NCBI GenBank assembly: GCA_049678585.1
Contig: JBAUEL010000064.1
Span: 1 to 63,852 of the forward strand
DNA length: 63,852 nt
From: Dehalococcoidia bacterium
GTDB taxonomy: Bacteria > Chloroflexota > Dehalococcoidia > DSTF01 > CAZFGZ01
Reading direction: 5' to 3'
Shown here piece by piece: positions 36,502-49,164 of this stretch. Both the position numbers and the translations under genes were made by a program. The notes under the pieces were generated by a model. It saw only the letters and a list, made by a program, of their open reading frames with translations. It was not told the DNA's origin and made no database searches. The number at the start of each line of letters is the position of its first letter. Positions within the stretch are counted from its first letter, which is position 1.

Positions 36502-36504
36502 CCC

Positions 36505-37452
36505 ATGAGTCTACGCTTCTTCGGGCGACAGCAAGTCACAGAGCAGGAGAAGGCCCCTCCGGCGGGCGAGGTTCCGTCGGCCACCAGGGCGGCGGAACGC
36601 TCGCGCACCTCTGGCGCGGCGCGGCGCGCGGCTCGAGCGCGAAAGGCTCGGACACAGCAGCCCGCGAAACCCGCGCCCGTCGAGACGCCTCAGCCAGCGC
36701 CGGCGGAGGCTCCTTCGCGGGGGCGGCGACAGCGCCGACCTTCCACCGCGGAGGCGCCCCCGAAGAAACCGGCCCCGGAGGCACCTGCGCCGCCGACGGT
36801 GGAGGTCTCCGGTCTGGAGTCGCTGTTGGCCAAGCAAGGGAGGCTCCTGGAGGACTTCGCTTCCAAGCAGCTCACAGTGATGCGGAGCGTCCAGCGCTCG
36901 CTCTCGGCCGTCGAGAAGCAACTGGGGGCGAGGCCGGAGCAGGTCGAATCGCCGGCGCCGCTGCCGCGCGTGGGCATCTTCGTGGACGTGCCCAACGTTA
37001 TGTATGCCGCCGAGCGCCAGGGCGTGGTCATCGACTACGGCCGCTTGCTCACATTCCTCAGCCGGGGCCGAGAGCTGGTAAGGGCCAGCGCCTATGCTCC
37101 CATCAGCGACGATCCCCAGCTCAAGATCGAGTCCCAGAAGTTCGTCCAGCCCTTTGTGGACCGTGGCTATCGCATCGTCACCAAGCCCCTGAAACGCTAC
37201 GCCGACGGGTCTATCAAGGCCAACTTTGACGTCGAGCTGGCCATTGACGTCCTCACCATGTCCGACCGGCTGGACATCGTCAGCCTGGTGTCCGGCGATG
37301 GCGACTTCCGGCGCCTGGTTGACCTGGTGGCGAGCAGGGGCGTGCGGGTGGAGGTGGTGGCCTTCGCCCAGAGCATGTCCCACGAGCTGCGCGCCATCGC
37401 CGACGAGTGCGTGGAAGTCGGCGAGCACCTCTCGGAGCTCCGCGCCAGGTAG
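36505..37452 (+). CDS. NYN (LabA/DUF88) domain protein with basic, Pro/Ala-rich N-terminal region
   Basis: IFVDVPNVMYAA...ANFDVELAIDVL...VSGDGDFRRLVDLV...VEVVAF. Confidence 0.8.
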   Translation: MSLRFFGRQQVTEQEKAPPAGEVPSATRAAERSRTSGAARRAARARKARTQQPAKPAPVETPQPAPAEAPSRGRRQRRPSTAEAPPKKPAPEAPAPPTVEVSGLESLLAKQGRLLEDFASKQLTVMRSVQRSLSAVEKQLGARPEQVESPAPLPRVGIFVDVPNVMYAAERQGVVIDYGRLLTFLSRGRELVRASAYAPISDDPQLKIESQKFVQPFVDRGYRIVTKPLKRYADGSIKANFDVELAIDVLTMSDRLDIVSLVSGDGDFRRLVDLVASRGVRVEVVAFAQSMSHELRAIADECVEVGEHLSELRAR

Positions 37453-37518
37453 GAGTCCTACACTTATCGAAGGGCCGCGATGGCGTCCGGGCAGAGCGGG
37501 CGCCGTTGCTGTCTCTGG

Positions 37519-38481
37519 CTAGACTATGGAGGCGTCGACCTCGTGCGTCTCAATACCGTACTGTCGCGCTCTGTCTCTCATCACGCTGTGGATGGTACGC
37601 GCGACCAGCATGGCACGTACGTTCGCAACCCGTAAGCGATAGAGCACTGCCAACATATGCTTGTACTTCACTGCTTGTAGTAACCCAGAAATATCGAGTG
37701 GGCCTACGTCCACCTCTACCTCTACGGCCACCAGGCGGTTGCGGCTGTCGGCGAACACAATGTCGGCGCGGTCATTAGTTGGGAATCGGTACTCAATCTG
37801 AACAAGCCGGAGCGACTCGCCAAGGTACTGCAGGGGGGCCTCTGCAACGGCACGCTTGAGGCTCTGGTGGGCCTTGCTTTCCTCGCCACGTCGGTATGCC
37901 TGATACGCGTGCCGAGCTTCGGCAGAAGCGTGCTGCGCAATCGAACCTATGTCGAAGGGATCATAGCGAGAGATGAACTTGAGCCATGCCAAGATCGTGT
38001 CGGCCCGGCGCCCGACAGTGCTTCCCGTAAGGAGTGTGTTGATCTTCAGGAAGTCAACAACAGTGTTCTTGTTGAGTTCCTCACGTCGGTGAGTCGCCAG
38101 TAGCCGCGTGAAGACGTCGGTTTCCCCGATAGCGTGCACGATGGTGGCTTGGCGCTGTACCAGTCTCACAGCCTGCATGAGTTCGCTGCCTCGTTGTGTC
38201 AAGGCAGGCCTATCAATTGGGCCGCGGGTGAAGCCCAGGACCCGCGCGGCATGCTTGTAGTAGTCCACCTCGCGGGGGTCTATGCCGAGTTCCACGGCCA
38301 GCGTTTTCTTGCCAGCCATACCCTGTTGCAGGAGGGCCACGAGGTCGACCACTGTGCTAAGGGTATTAGCCTGTGGTACGTCAATGGTGGGGATCGGGTC
38401 GCTAGTAGTTTCGGATGACCAGCTCAGTGATCGCCCCCCTCTTGCTGCCGTCGCTGTTGATATTGCGGCGAGCCTGCACAC
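37519..38481 (-). CDS. candidate restriction endonuclease (wHTH-like N-terminus plus PD-(D/E)XK-like C-terminus); start uncertain
   Basis: The C-terminal RADIVFADSRNRLVAVEVEVDVGPLDISGLLQAVKY has a D...ExE...Q..Y nuclease-like pattern. It lies immediately downstream of the Dam-type MTase in a lower-G+C patch. GTG at 38352 or ATG at 38319 are more plausible starts than 38481. Confidence 0.5.
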   Translation of the reverse strand: MCRLAAISTATAARGGRSLSWSSETTSDPIPTIDVPQANTLSTVVDLVALLQQGMAGKKTLAVELGIDPREVDYYKHAARVLGFTRGPIDRPALTQRGSELMQAVRLVQRQATIVHAIGETDVFTRLLATHRREELNKNTVVDFLKINTLLTGSTVGRRADTILAWLKFISRYDPFDIGSIAQHASAEARHAYQAYRRGEESKAHQSLKRAVAEAPLQYLGESLRLVQIEYRFPTNDRADIVFADSRNRLVAVEVEVDVGPLDISGLLQAVKYKHMLAVLYRLRVANVRAMLVARTIHSVMRDRARQYGIETHEVDASIV

Positions 38482-39379
38482 GCTGTGTCCTAAAGCCCTG
38501 GTAGAGCTTCATCACAAAGTGACAATGGCTGTTACTCAGTAGCATTTTACAGCCCCTACCATCGAGCGCCTTGAAGAACTGGGCCAGGCGCTGATGCTCA
38601 CCGGCACCAAACTCAGGCCTTCCCCTAGCGCTCACCGCATAGCCGGTGAAACTCGACGTTTCCGAGATAGGGTAGTAAGGCGGGTCCAGGTAGACGAAGT
38701 CGTCGCTGGAGATCTCTTCGAGGATGTCCGAGAAGTCACCCTCCCTAACGTCCACCGTTTGCAGCGCCTGACTCGCTGCCAGCAAGACCTCGGTCTCCAG
38801 GATAGCGGGGTTCTTGTAGGAGCCCATTGGCACGTTGAACTTGCCTTGCGAGTTCACGCGATAAAGGCCGTTATAGCAGGTCTTGTTCAGATAGATAAAG
38901 CGTGCAGCCCTGTCCTCTCGTCGAAGGCTCTGGGGTTCCAGGTCGCGGACTTGGTAGTAGTGCCGTTTGCCATGCTGTCGCTGGTGCCGAGCCAGAAGGG
39001 GGATCAGCGCCTTGACGTTGTCGCGCACCACTTGGTAGCAGTTGACGAGCTCTGGATTCAAGTCCATCAGGACAGCTGGGAAGGTCCCCCGTTCCCTGCG
39101 GAGCCAGAAGAACATAGCCGCACTGCCAGCAAATGGCTCGTAGTAGGTTTTGAACGCCTTCGGCACGGCGGGACCTAGTTGGGGCAACAGTTGGGTTTTG
39201 CCGCCGGCCCACTTGATAAAGGGCGTGGCGTCCAGTCCCGGCACGGCAGGAAGGTGTTGCCGCCTCGTGCGCGCTACAGTCAGGAGGTCGTATCCGCTCA
39301 CAGAGATGTCTCCCGCAACCAGGTTAGGAGGAACGTCCCAGCATCGGGTGGACTGCCGTTCCAGCGGGGCAGCGCGCAA
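38402..39379 (-). CDS. dam: Dam-family site-specific DNA (adenine-N6) methyltransferase; start uncertain
   Basis: PFIKWAGGKTQLLPQL, YYEPFAGSAAMFF and YLDPPYY motifs. A GTG at 39301 is a plausible true start. Confidence 0.85.
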   Translation of the reverse strand: MRAAPLERQSTRCWDVPPNLVAGDISVSGYDLLTVARTRRQHLPAVPGLDATPFIKWAGGKTQLLPQLGPAVPKAFKTYYEPFAGSAAMFFWLRRERGTFPAVLMDLNPELVNCYQVVRDNVKALIPLLARHQRQHGKRHYYQVRDLEPQSLRREDRAARFIYLNKTCYNGLYRVNSQGKFNVPMGSYKNPAILETEVLLAASQALQTVDVREGDFSDILEEISSDDFVYLDPPYYPISETSSFTGYAVSARGRPEFGAGEHQRLAQFFKALDGRGCKMLLSNSHCHFVMKLYQGFRTQRVQARRNINSDGSKRGAITELVIRNY

Positions 39380-39495
39380 AGTGCTGAGTAGAACGGGCCA
39401 TCGCTGCAGTGGTCGACGCAGGCATCAGGCCAGCGCCGCATCACCTCCAGGCAGTCGCCCTCATAGATGTGGTTGGGGATGGGAGTCTCAGTCAT
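39298..39495 (-). pseudogene. N-terminal relic of a beta-class N4/N6 DNA methyltransferase
   Basis: NHIYEGDCLEVMRRWPDACVD matches the usual N-terminus (GDCLEVL..LPD.SVD). The DPPY block is corrupted (SDGPFYS) and the ORF ends after 65 aa. Confidence 0.5.
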
Positions 39496-39618
39496 CGCCG
39501 GTGGTGCCGCCCGGAAAAGAATTGATCACCCGCTATCCTATCTGAGCCATAGGGCGCCGTCAAGGCGGCTCACTCCGGACCCTTACAGCGCTCCCTGACC
39601 CTTGACCCTTGTCGCTGT

Positions 39619-40410
39619 CTAGAATACATCTCTGAGCTCGAAGCGGGGGCCGTCCTTGCATACCAGGCGCATGCCCCGCTTCGTCTCCACGGCGCAGCCG
39701 TAACAGATGCCCCAGCCGCAGCCCATGCGCTCCTCGAGCAGGACCTGCACCGACCGCCGCGTCCGAGAGCGCCGCAGCACCTCGGCCATGGCCTGAAACA
39801 TGGGATTGGGCCCGCAGGCAAAGACCTGGTCCGCCCACGAGAGGTGCTCGGCGAAGGGCTCGGTGACCAGGCCGCGGATGCCCAGCGAGCCGTCCTCCGT
39901 CGTCACCACCAGCTCTACCTCCGGCGGGAGCTGGTGCGCGGGGAAGATCTGATCGGCGCTGCGGCCTCCCAGGAGCAAGGTAACGCTCTTGCCCTTTTCG
40001 ACGGCCACGTCGGCCAGCCACACCAGCGGTGCCACGCCGATGCCACCGCCCACCAGCAGCAGGTTCTGAGAGCGCGGGCGGATGGCGTAGCCCCGCCCCA
40101 GGGGCCCCCAGACCAAGGCGGTCTCGCCGGGGGCGCGGCTGGCCAGCCACTCGGTGCCGCGGCCGATGACATCGTAGAGGAGGGCGAACTCCGGGCCCTC
40201 GGGGCCCTGGCGCATCCGGTGATAGCTCATGGGGCGGGGCAGCAGAGGATCGCAGGCGGGACGGCCGGGCGCCGCCTCGACGCAGCAGCGCAGCATGAGG
40301 AACTGCCCGGGGAGGGCACCGCGCACTACCTCGGGCGCAGCGAACCAGGTGATGACTGTATCCCCGTAGAGGCGCCGGTTCTCGGTGATACGGGCGTGCC
40401 CTGTCCTCAT
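39619..40410 (-). CDS. pyrK: dihydroorotate dehydrogenase electron-transfer subunit
   Basis: FAD/NAD-binding fold (RPMSY, LLVGGGIGVAPL) and C-terminal 2Fe-2S ligands CGWGICYGCAV...C. The ATG at 40410 is preferred over the listed 41019, which runs into carB. Confidence 0.85.
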   Translation of the reverse strand: MRTGHARITENRRLYGDTVITWFAAPEVVRGALPGQFLMLRCCVEAAPGRPACDPLLPRPMSYHRMRQGPEGPEFALLYDVIGRGTEWLASRAPGETALVWGPLGRGYAIRPRSQNLLLVGGGIGVAPLVWLADVAVEKGKSVTLLLGGRSADQIFPAHQLPPEVELVVTTEDGSLGIRGLVTEPFAEHLSWADQVFACGPNPMFQAMAEVLRRSRTRRSVQVLLEERMGCGWGICYGCAVETKRGMRLVCKDGPRFELRDVF

Positions 40411-40427
40411 GCCGAGGCCTCCCCGCG

Positions 40428-43705
<3,278 letters not shown>

Positions 43706-43709
<4 letters not shown>

Positions 43710-44074
43710 TGTGTTCTCTCACCATGATGTAGGCGAACAGGGTAGGCAGCACCAGCGTCCCTACGATAGGCGGCAGCACGATGCCCATGAGCAGCCCCCG
43801 GAGGGCCTGCCCGGTGGCCAGCATATAGGGGCCGCTTCCTGGGAGCGTCCGGCGGCAGGGCCTGCTCCAGAACCCAGCCCGCCGCGACCTCGGTCGCCCC
43901 CAGGCCCAGGATGACCACGCCCACGATGGCTACCAGGGAGTCGGCGAGGGGCAGGTCCAGGTCGCTGAAGAACCAGATGACCAACCCCAGGGCGGTAAGC
44001 AAGGCTCCCAGGGTGGCGTACAAACCGCCGGCGGAGGTCAGCGCTACGTGCCATCGATAGGCTGCGGTGTGCAC
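43706..44074 (-). CDS. small membrane protein (possibly frameshifted near its 3' end)
   Basis: Two TM helices ([21 protein letters not shown]; [23 protein letters not shown]). The tail in this frame is Arg/Ala/Gly-rich. Another frame from 43824 encodes a further TM helix (see findings). Confidence 0.45.
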
Positions 44075-44078
44075 GATC

Positions 44079-44540
44079 TCACCTCCGCCTGACGGCGCGC
44101 GGCCGGGGCCGGGCGCTGGGCGCCTTCAGCCCGGCCAGCCGTCCGGCCACCCCGAAGCCCCCGCCGAAGCACAACAGCAGCGGGACGATGACCGCCACGT
44201 AGATGGGCGCAGGCACCGGGAACAGCAGCAGCGCCATGAGAGCGACGGTCGCCGCGCCCATGGTCAGGGCCACGGCGTAGCCCGGCCACTCGGTGATCCA
44301 GTCCGAGGAGAGGGGGAAGGCGCTGAAGAAGATGCCCAGGGCCAGTCCCGCCGAGAAGACGGCCATGGCCCAAGCCAGCAGCCAGAAGACGATGGCGTAG
44401 ACCACGTCGCCGGTGACGCCGAAGACGATGGCACCCACGGCGCCCGCCAGCAGGAGCACGGGCGCGGCGATAGCCGCCGCCCCGGCGATGCACAGCGCCC
44501 CGAAAGCGGTCCTACCGATTGGGTCAATGCGACGAATCAT
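44079..44540 (-). CDS. polytopic membrane protein (about 4-5 TM helices), unknown function
   Basis: Strongly hydrophobic 153-aa ORF with a basic C-terminal tail, between carA/GNAT and carB. Confidence 0.55.
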   Translation of the reverse strand: MIRRIDPIGRTAFGALCIAGAAAIAAPVLLLAGAVGAIVFGVTGDVVYAIVFWLLAWAMAVFSAGLALGIFFSAFPLSSDWITEWPGYAVALTMGAATVALMALLLFPVPAPIYVAVIVPLLLCFGGGFGVAGRLAGLKAPSARPRPRAVRRR

Positions 44541-44552
44541 CTACTGTCACAA

Positions 44553-45008
44553 TCACAGCGGCAGCTCGAAGACCGCGTCCGGGTTGTAGAGGGGCACCAG
44601 CGCCCCGATGCCCGATAGAAAGCTGAGCGCCACCTCGTTCTGCCCGGGCAGGCGGCCCCGGATGCGCCGGTATCCCCTCTCCCGGGCGAAGTCGAGGGCA
44701 TACTGAGCCAGCGCAGTGCCCAGACCCTGCCGTCGGTGCTCCGGCAGCATCCACACGCCCAGGATAGCCGTCTCCGGCTGCTGGGTATCGAAGTCCAGGG
44801 CGCTGAAGCCCACGACCTTGCCATCGATGAGACAGAGGAAGACGGCGCCCTGCTCGCCCAGGCGGGTGAACCAGGTGCGCACCTGTTCGGCGGACATAGG
44901 GCCCTCGAATGCGACGGGATTCGGCTCCTGCACGATGGTGGCGATGATCCCGGCGATGGCCTCGGCGTCCTGGATAGCAGCCTGTCGGTAGGTGGGCTCG
45001 CCGGTCAT
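44553..45008 (-). CDS. GNAT family N-acetyltransferase
   Basis: ILGVWMLPEHRRQGLGTALAQYALDFARERGYRR (acetyl-CoA-binding Q/RxxGxG/A motif). Its start overlaps the carA stop by 4 nt. Confidence 0.8.
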   Translation of the reverse strand: MTGEPTYRQAAIQDAEAIAGIIATIVQEPNPVAFEGPMSAEQVRTWFTRLGEQGAVFLCLIDGKVVGFSALDFDTQQPETAILGVWMLPEHRRQGLGTALAQYALDFARERGYRRIRGRLPGQNEVALSFLSGIGALVPLYNPDAVFELPL

Positions 45009-46087
45009 GGCAGCATCTCCAGGAAGCGCTCGAACATATACACATTGTCCAGCGGCCCGGTCGAGGCCTCCGAGTGGTACTGAATGGCGAGGATGGGCAA
45101 CTCGCGGTGTCGCAGGCCCTCCACCGTATCGTCGTTCAGGTTGATGTGGCTGACCTCAACCGCCGGCGGCAACTTCTCGGGGTCTACGGCGTAGCCGTGG
45201 TTCTGGGCGGTGATGTAGATGCGGCCGGTGACCAGCTCGCGCACGGGGTGGTTGGCGCCGCGGTGGCCAAACTTGAGCTTGAAGGTGCTCGCGCCGAAGG
45301 CCTGGGCCAGCACCTGATGCCCCAGGCAGATGCCCATGATCGGGGTGCGGCCGATCAAGCCCCGCGCTGTCTCAACGGCATAGTCCAGCAGGGCGGGGTC
45401 GCCCGGCCCGGGCGAGAGAAGGACAGCGTCGGGCTGCAGCGACAGGATGTCCTCGGCGCTGGCACCGCAGGGGACGGCGGTGGACCGACATCCCAGGCTT
45501 CGCAGGATACGAAGGATGTTGTACTTGAGCCCCAGGTCCAACACCACGATGTGACGACCGTCAGTTGCGCCAGGGTGGGGCCACTCATAGGGCTCCTGGG
45601 TGCTCACCCAGCGCACGTAGTCCACGTCCTCGTAGCGGGGCATCTCCTGGAGGCAGGCGAGCACCTGCTCGGGTGACTCGTCCTGGGTGATGGCGCCCAT
45701 CATGACGCCCTGGGAGCGCAGGTGGCGGGTGAGCGCACGGGTGTCCACACCGGCGATGCCCGGCACGTCCGCCGCCGAGAGGTAATCGTGCAGGGTGCCC
45801 TGGCTGCGCCAGTGGCTGGGGATGTCGCAGTCCTCGCGGACCACGAAGGCGCGCACCTGGATGCGGCGCGACTCAACATCCCCGGGGTTGACGCCGTAGT
45901 TGCCCACGAGGGGGTAGGTCATCACCAGGATCTGGCCGGCGTACGAGGGATCGGTGAGGGCCTCTTGGTAGCCGGTCATGGAGGTGTTGAAGACGACCTC
46001 GCCGTGGGCAGCTACCCGAGCGCCGAAGGCCCGTCCCGTGTACACGGAGCCGTCTTCGAGAACGAGAAGGGCCTTTTCTGAATTCAT
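45005..46087 (-). CDS. carA: carbamoyl-phosphate synthase small (glutaminase) subunit
   Basis: ALLVLEDGSVYTGRAFGA N-terminus and GATase triad block PIMGICLGHQ. Confidence 0.95.
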   Translation of the reverse strand: MNSEKALLVLEDGSVYTGRAFGARVAAHGEVVFNTSMTGYQEALTDPSYAGQILVMTYPLVGNYGVNPGDVESRRIQVRAFVVREDCDIPSHWRSQGTLHDYLSAADVPGIAGVDTRALTRHLRSQGVMMGAITQDESPEQVLACLQEMPRYEDVDYVRWVSTQEPYEWPHPGATDGRHIVVLDLGLKYNILRILRSLGCRSTAVPCGASAEDILSLQPDAVLLSPGPGDPALLDYAVETARGLIGRTPIMGICLGHQVLAQAFGASTFKLKFGHRGANHPVRELVTGRIYITAQNHGYAVDPEKLPPAVEVSHINLNDDTVEGLRHRELPILAIQYHSEASTGPLDNVYMFERFLEMLP

Positions 46088-47430
46088 ACCTTTGCTCGTG
46101 TGTCAGCGAAAGCTACTCGCCCTCCCACCACCGTCGCCACCGCCCGGCCGCGGAGAGTGCGACCGGCCAGGGGTGTGTTCTTCCCCTTCGAGGCGAAGGC
46201 CTCCGGCTCCACCACCCATAGGGCCTCCTGCTCGATGACGGTCACGTCGCCCGGCGCACCCACAGCCAGGGAGCCCAGGCCGGGCACGAAGCGCTCCAGG
46301 CCCAGGGCGGCCACCGGCGCGGCGGTCATGCGGTAGATGAGAGTCGGCAGGTCCAGCCTGCCCTCATGCACCAGCGAGAGGCAGGCCGCCAGCGCGGTCT
46401 CGAACCCGCTGATGCCGAAGGCCGCCTGGTCGAACTCGCACATCTTCGACACCGCCTCGTGCGGGGCGTGGTCCGTGGCGATGGCGTCGATGGTGCCGTC
46501 ACGCAGCCCTTCGAGGCAGGCCTCCACGTCGTCGCGGCTGCGCAGGGGCGGGTTCACCTTGGCGTTGGTATCGTAGGCCAGGGTGTGGGCGCCCTCGGCC
46601 GTGAAGGCCACCGCCTCGTGGGTCAGGGTCAGGTGGTGCGGGGTGACCTCGGCGGTGATGGGCGCGCGCCGCTCTTTGGCGTGACGAATAAGCTCGACGG
46701 AGCCGCGCGTGCTCACGTGGGCAATGTGCACATGACTCCGCGTGAGCTCCGCCAGCGAGATGTCACGGGCCACCATGGCCTCCTCGGCCGCAGGCGGCTG
46801 ACCATGCAGGCCCAGACGCACTGCCACCCAGCCCTCGTGCATGACCCCCTCCGTCGAGAGGGAGGCCTCCTCGCAGTGGTTGATGATGGGCAGGCCGAAG
46901 GCCGAGACGTACTCCAGGGCCCGTCGCATCAGGGCGGCATCGGCCACGGGGTTCCCGTCGTCGCTGAAGCCGATGACGCCCACCTCGGCCAGTTCGCCCA
47001 TCTCCGCCAGCTCGTGCCCCTGACGGCCCCGGCTCACGCAGCCAATGGGCAGCACCCGCACTGCTCCCATGGCGGCGGCAGTGCGCTGGACGTACTCCAC
47101 TGTAGCCCGGCTATCGGCGGGCGGGTCCGTGTTGGGCATGCAGCAGACGGTGGCGAAGCCGCCCCGGGCGGCCGCCCGCGTCCCCGTCTCGATGGTCTCC
47201 TTGTACTCGAAGCCGGGCTCGCGCAGGTGGCAGTGGATGTCTACCAGCCCCGGGCAGACCAGCAGGCCGGACGCGTCGACCACTTCCGCGTCGGAGGACT
47301 CAACACGCTCGTCGATAGCGGCGATGCGTCCCCCCTCGATGAGCACGTCGCCGAGGAAGTCGGTGCCACGGCCGGGGTCCAGCACCCGTCCGCCGCGGAT
47401 GAGGATGGGCGGTTGGTCAGTCGTCATCAT
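46084..47430 (-). CDS. pyrC: dihydroorotase
   Basis: ILIRGGRVLDP...LVDIHCHLREPG and the amidohydrolase pattern. The ATG at 47430 (MMTTDQ) is preferred; the listed ORF extends to 47856 inside pyrB. Confidence 0.9.
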   Translation of the reverse strand: MMTTDQPPILIRGGRVLDPGRGTDFLGDVLIEGGRIAAIDERVESSDAEVVDASGLLVCPGLVDIHCHLREPGFEYKETIETGTRAAARGGFATVCCMPNTDPPADSRATVEYVQRTAAAMGAVRVLPIGCVSRGRQGHELAEMGELAEVGVIGFSDDGNPVADAALMRRALEYVSAFGLPIINHCEEASLSTEGVMHEGWVAVRLGLHGQPPAAEEAMVARDISLAELTRSHVHIAHVSTRGSVELIRHAKERRAPITAEVTPHHLTLTHEAVAFTAEGAHTLAYDTNAKVNPPLRSRDDVEACLEGLRDGTIDAIATDHAPHEAVSKMCEFDQAAFGISGFETALAACLSLVHEGRLDLPTLIYRMTAAPVAALGLERFVPGLGSLAVGAPGDVTVIEQEALWVVEPEAFASKGKNTPLAGRTLRGRAVATVVGGRVAFADTRAKV

Positions 47431-48467
47431 CGTCGCCTCGCCAGCAGATACAGCAGGGCCATACGTACAGCCACCCCGTTCGCAACCTGTTCCTCCACCA
47501 GGGAGCGGGCTCCGTGGGCCACCTCCATGGAGATCTCGATTCCCTCGTTCATGGGGCCGGGATGCATGACGAAGGCGCCCGGCGCCGCCTGGGCCATGCG
47601 CTGGCTGTTTACCTGGTACAGGCGGGAGTACTCGCGCAGGCTGGGCACCAGGCCGCTCTGCTGCCGCTCGAGCTGCATGCGCAGGGCCATCACCACGTCC
47701 GCTCCCTCGATGGCCCGGTCCAGGTTCGTGTCGAAGCGGACCGGCGGCAGGGCCAGCTCGTCGCAGCCGTCGCGGTCGGCCGGGTCCAGCCCCACGGGGA
47801 AAAGTGTGGGCGGGGCGCACAGCACCACCTGGGCGCCCATGGCGGTGAGGCCCCACAGGTTGGAGCGGGCCACCCGGCTGTGGGTGATATCGCCTACGAT
47901 GACCACCTTACGGCCGCGGACATCGCCCAGCCGCGAGCGCATCGTGTACAGGTCGAGGAGGGCCTGGGTGGGGTGAGCGTGCCAGCCGTCGCCAGCGTTG
48001 ATGACGCTGATGTCGGCGTGGCGGGCCGCCAGGTAGGGCGACCCCGAGGCCTTGTGCCGCATCACCAGGATGTCCGCGCCCACGGACTGGAGCGTGCGCA
48101 CAGTATCGATGATGGATTCCCCCTTCTGCACGCTGCTGGCGGCCGCCGAGACGTTGATGACATCGGCGCCCAACACCTTCCCCGCCAGCTCGAAGGAGGA
48201 GCGGGTGCGGGTGCTGGACTCGTAGAAGAGGGTGATGATGGTGGTGCCGCGCAGCGTGGGCACGCGAGGCACTTCGCGGGCGAGCACCTCCTTCATCGCG
48301 TCGGCGGTCTCCAGGACCAGGGAGATCTCCTCGCTGGAGAAGTCGTCCAGGTCCAGGACATGGCGACGCTGCCAGGCCCCGACCGCCGAGGGGAGGGGCT
48401 CCCCGGGAGGCTCCCGCACCGCCGCTGCTGAGGACTTTCCCCTTCTCTCCACGGCATTGCTCGACAT
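47427..48467 (-). CDS. pyrB: aspartate carbamoyltransferase catalytic subunit
   Basis: ESSTRTRSSFE, HPTQALLD and HPGPMNEGIEI motifs. Confidence 0.95.
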   Translation of the reverse strand: MSSNAVERRGKSSAAAVREPPGEPLPSAVGAWQRRHVLDLDDFSSEEISLVLETADAMKEVLAREVPRVPTLRGTTIITLFYESSTRTRSSFELAGKVLGADVINVSAAASSVQKGESIIDTVRTLQSVGADILVMRHKASGSPYLAARHADISVINAGDGWHAHPTQALLDLYTMRSRLGDVRGRKVVIVGDITHSRVARSNLWGLTAMGAQVVLCAPPTLFPVGLDPADRDGCDELALPPVRFDTNLDRAIEGADVVMALRMQLERQQSGLVPSLREYSRLYQVNSQRMAQAAPGAFVMHPGPMNEGIEISMEVAHGARSLVEEQVANGVAVRMALLYLLARRR

Positions 48468-48469
48468 GA

Positions 48470-49012
48470 CTAATCCCCCTCGGCTGGAGTTATGACCACC
48501 CGGTCGTCACCGTCGATCTCCCGCAACATGACCTGAACGTCATCGCGGTGGGACGTGGGGATGTTCTTGCCCACGAAGTCAGCCCGGATAGGCAACTCCC
48601 GGTGGCCGCGATCCACCAGCACGGCGAGCTGGATGCGCTGGGGGCGCCCGTAGTCGATGAGGGCGTCCAGGGCAGCGCGGATGCTTCGCCCGGTGTAGAG
48701 GACGTCGTCCACCAGCACCACCCGCTTATCGGCGATGTCGGTGGGGAGCTCGCTGGGCTTGATCCGCACCTCCACCCCGCGGGCGGGCAGGTCGTCCCGG
48801 TAGAGGCCGATATCGAGAGCCCCTACCGACACTTCCTCCCCCTCGAACTCGCGGATGGCCGCGGCGAGGCGCTCCGCCAGGGGCACGCCGCGGGTACGCA
48901 TGCCCACGAACACCAGGTCCTGGCAGCCGCGGTTGTTCTCCACGATCTCGTGGGCGATGCGCAGGATGACGCGCCGCACATCCTGCTCCGACATGATGAT
49001 GCTCTCAGCCAT
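48470..49012 (-). CDS. pyrR: bifunctional pyrimidine operon regulator / uracil phosphoribosyltransferase
   Basis: [25 protein letters not shown] and PRT motif [18 protein letters not shown]. The ATG at 49012 is preferred; the listed GTG at 49036 lies in the loop of the leader terminator. Confidence 0.9.
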   Translation of the reverse strand: MAESIIMSEQDVRRVILRIAHEIVENNRGCQDLVFVGMRTRGVPLAERLAAAIREFEGEEVSVGALDIGLYRDDLPARGVEVRIKPSELPTDIADKRVVLVDDVLYTGRSIRAALDALIDYGRPQRIQLAVLVDRGHRELPIRADFVGKNIPTSHRDDVQVMLREIDGDDRVVITPAEGD

Positions 49013-49014
49013 AG

Positions 49015-49048
49015 AAAAACCCCCCGTCCGCCTCACGCGGACAGGAGG
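49015..49048 (-). terminator. leader (attenuator) terminator immediately upstream of pyrR
   Basis: Minus strand: cctgtccgc-gtgag-gcggacggg, then ggg and ttttt, with the ATG 2 nt later. The 3' arm contains the only purine-rich SD-like stretch. Confidence 0.6.
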
Positions 49049-49105
49049 CCATCTCCCTTGAACTGACTGCTTGGCTCTGTGTAGCCTGACAGGCCACCAC
49101 TGCTG

Positions 49106-49139
49106 CCCCTTCCCGGCCTCGCCGGACCGGATTTAAAGG
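49106..49139 (-). promoter_or_regulatory. candidate PyrR-binding stem-loop
   Basis: The minus strand reads cctttaaatccggtccggcgaggccgggaagggg. The uccggcgaggc core resembles the PyrR-box core UCCAGAGAGGC, with flanking ccuu/aagg pairing. Confidence 0.5.
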
Positions 49140-49164
49140 TTTGAACGCGGCCCGTTTGAGCGCA

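Noticed and set aside
36252-37428. Long ORFs 36252..37229(+) and 36511..37428(-) overlapping the NYN-domain gene.
   Set aside because: The NYN frame carries the family motifs. The alternative frames are Arg/Gly/Pro-rich shadows.
37505-39625. Short similar strings at both edges of the R-M patch (gctgtctctggctaga near 37508 and gctgtctaga near 39603), considered as possible target-site duplications.
   Set aside because: They share only about 7+5 nt with an indel, and both overlap stop codons of the flanking genes. That is too short to distinguish from chance.
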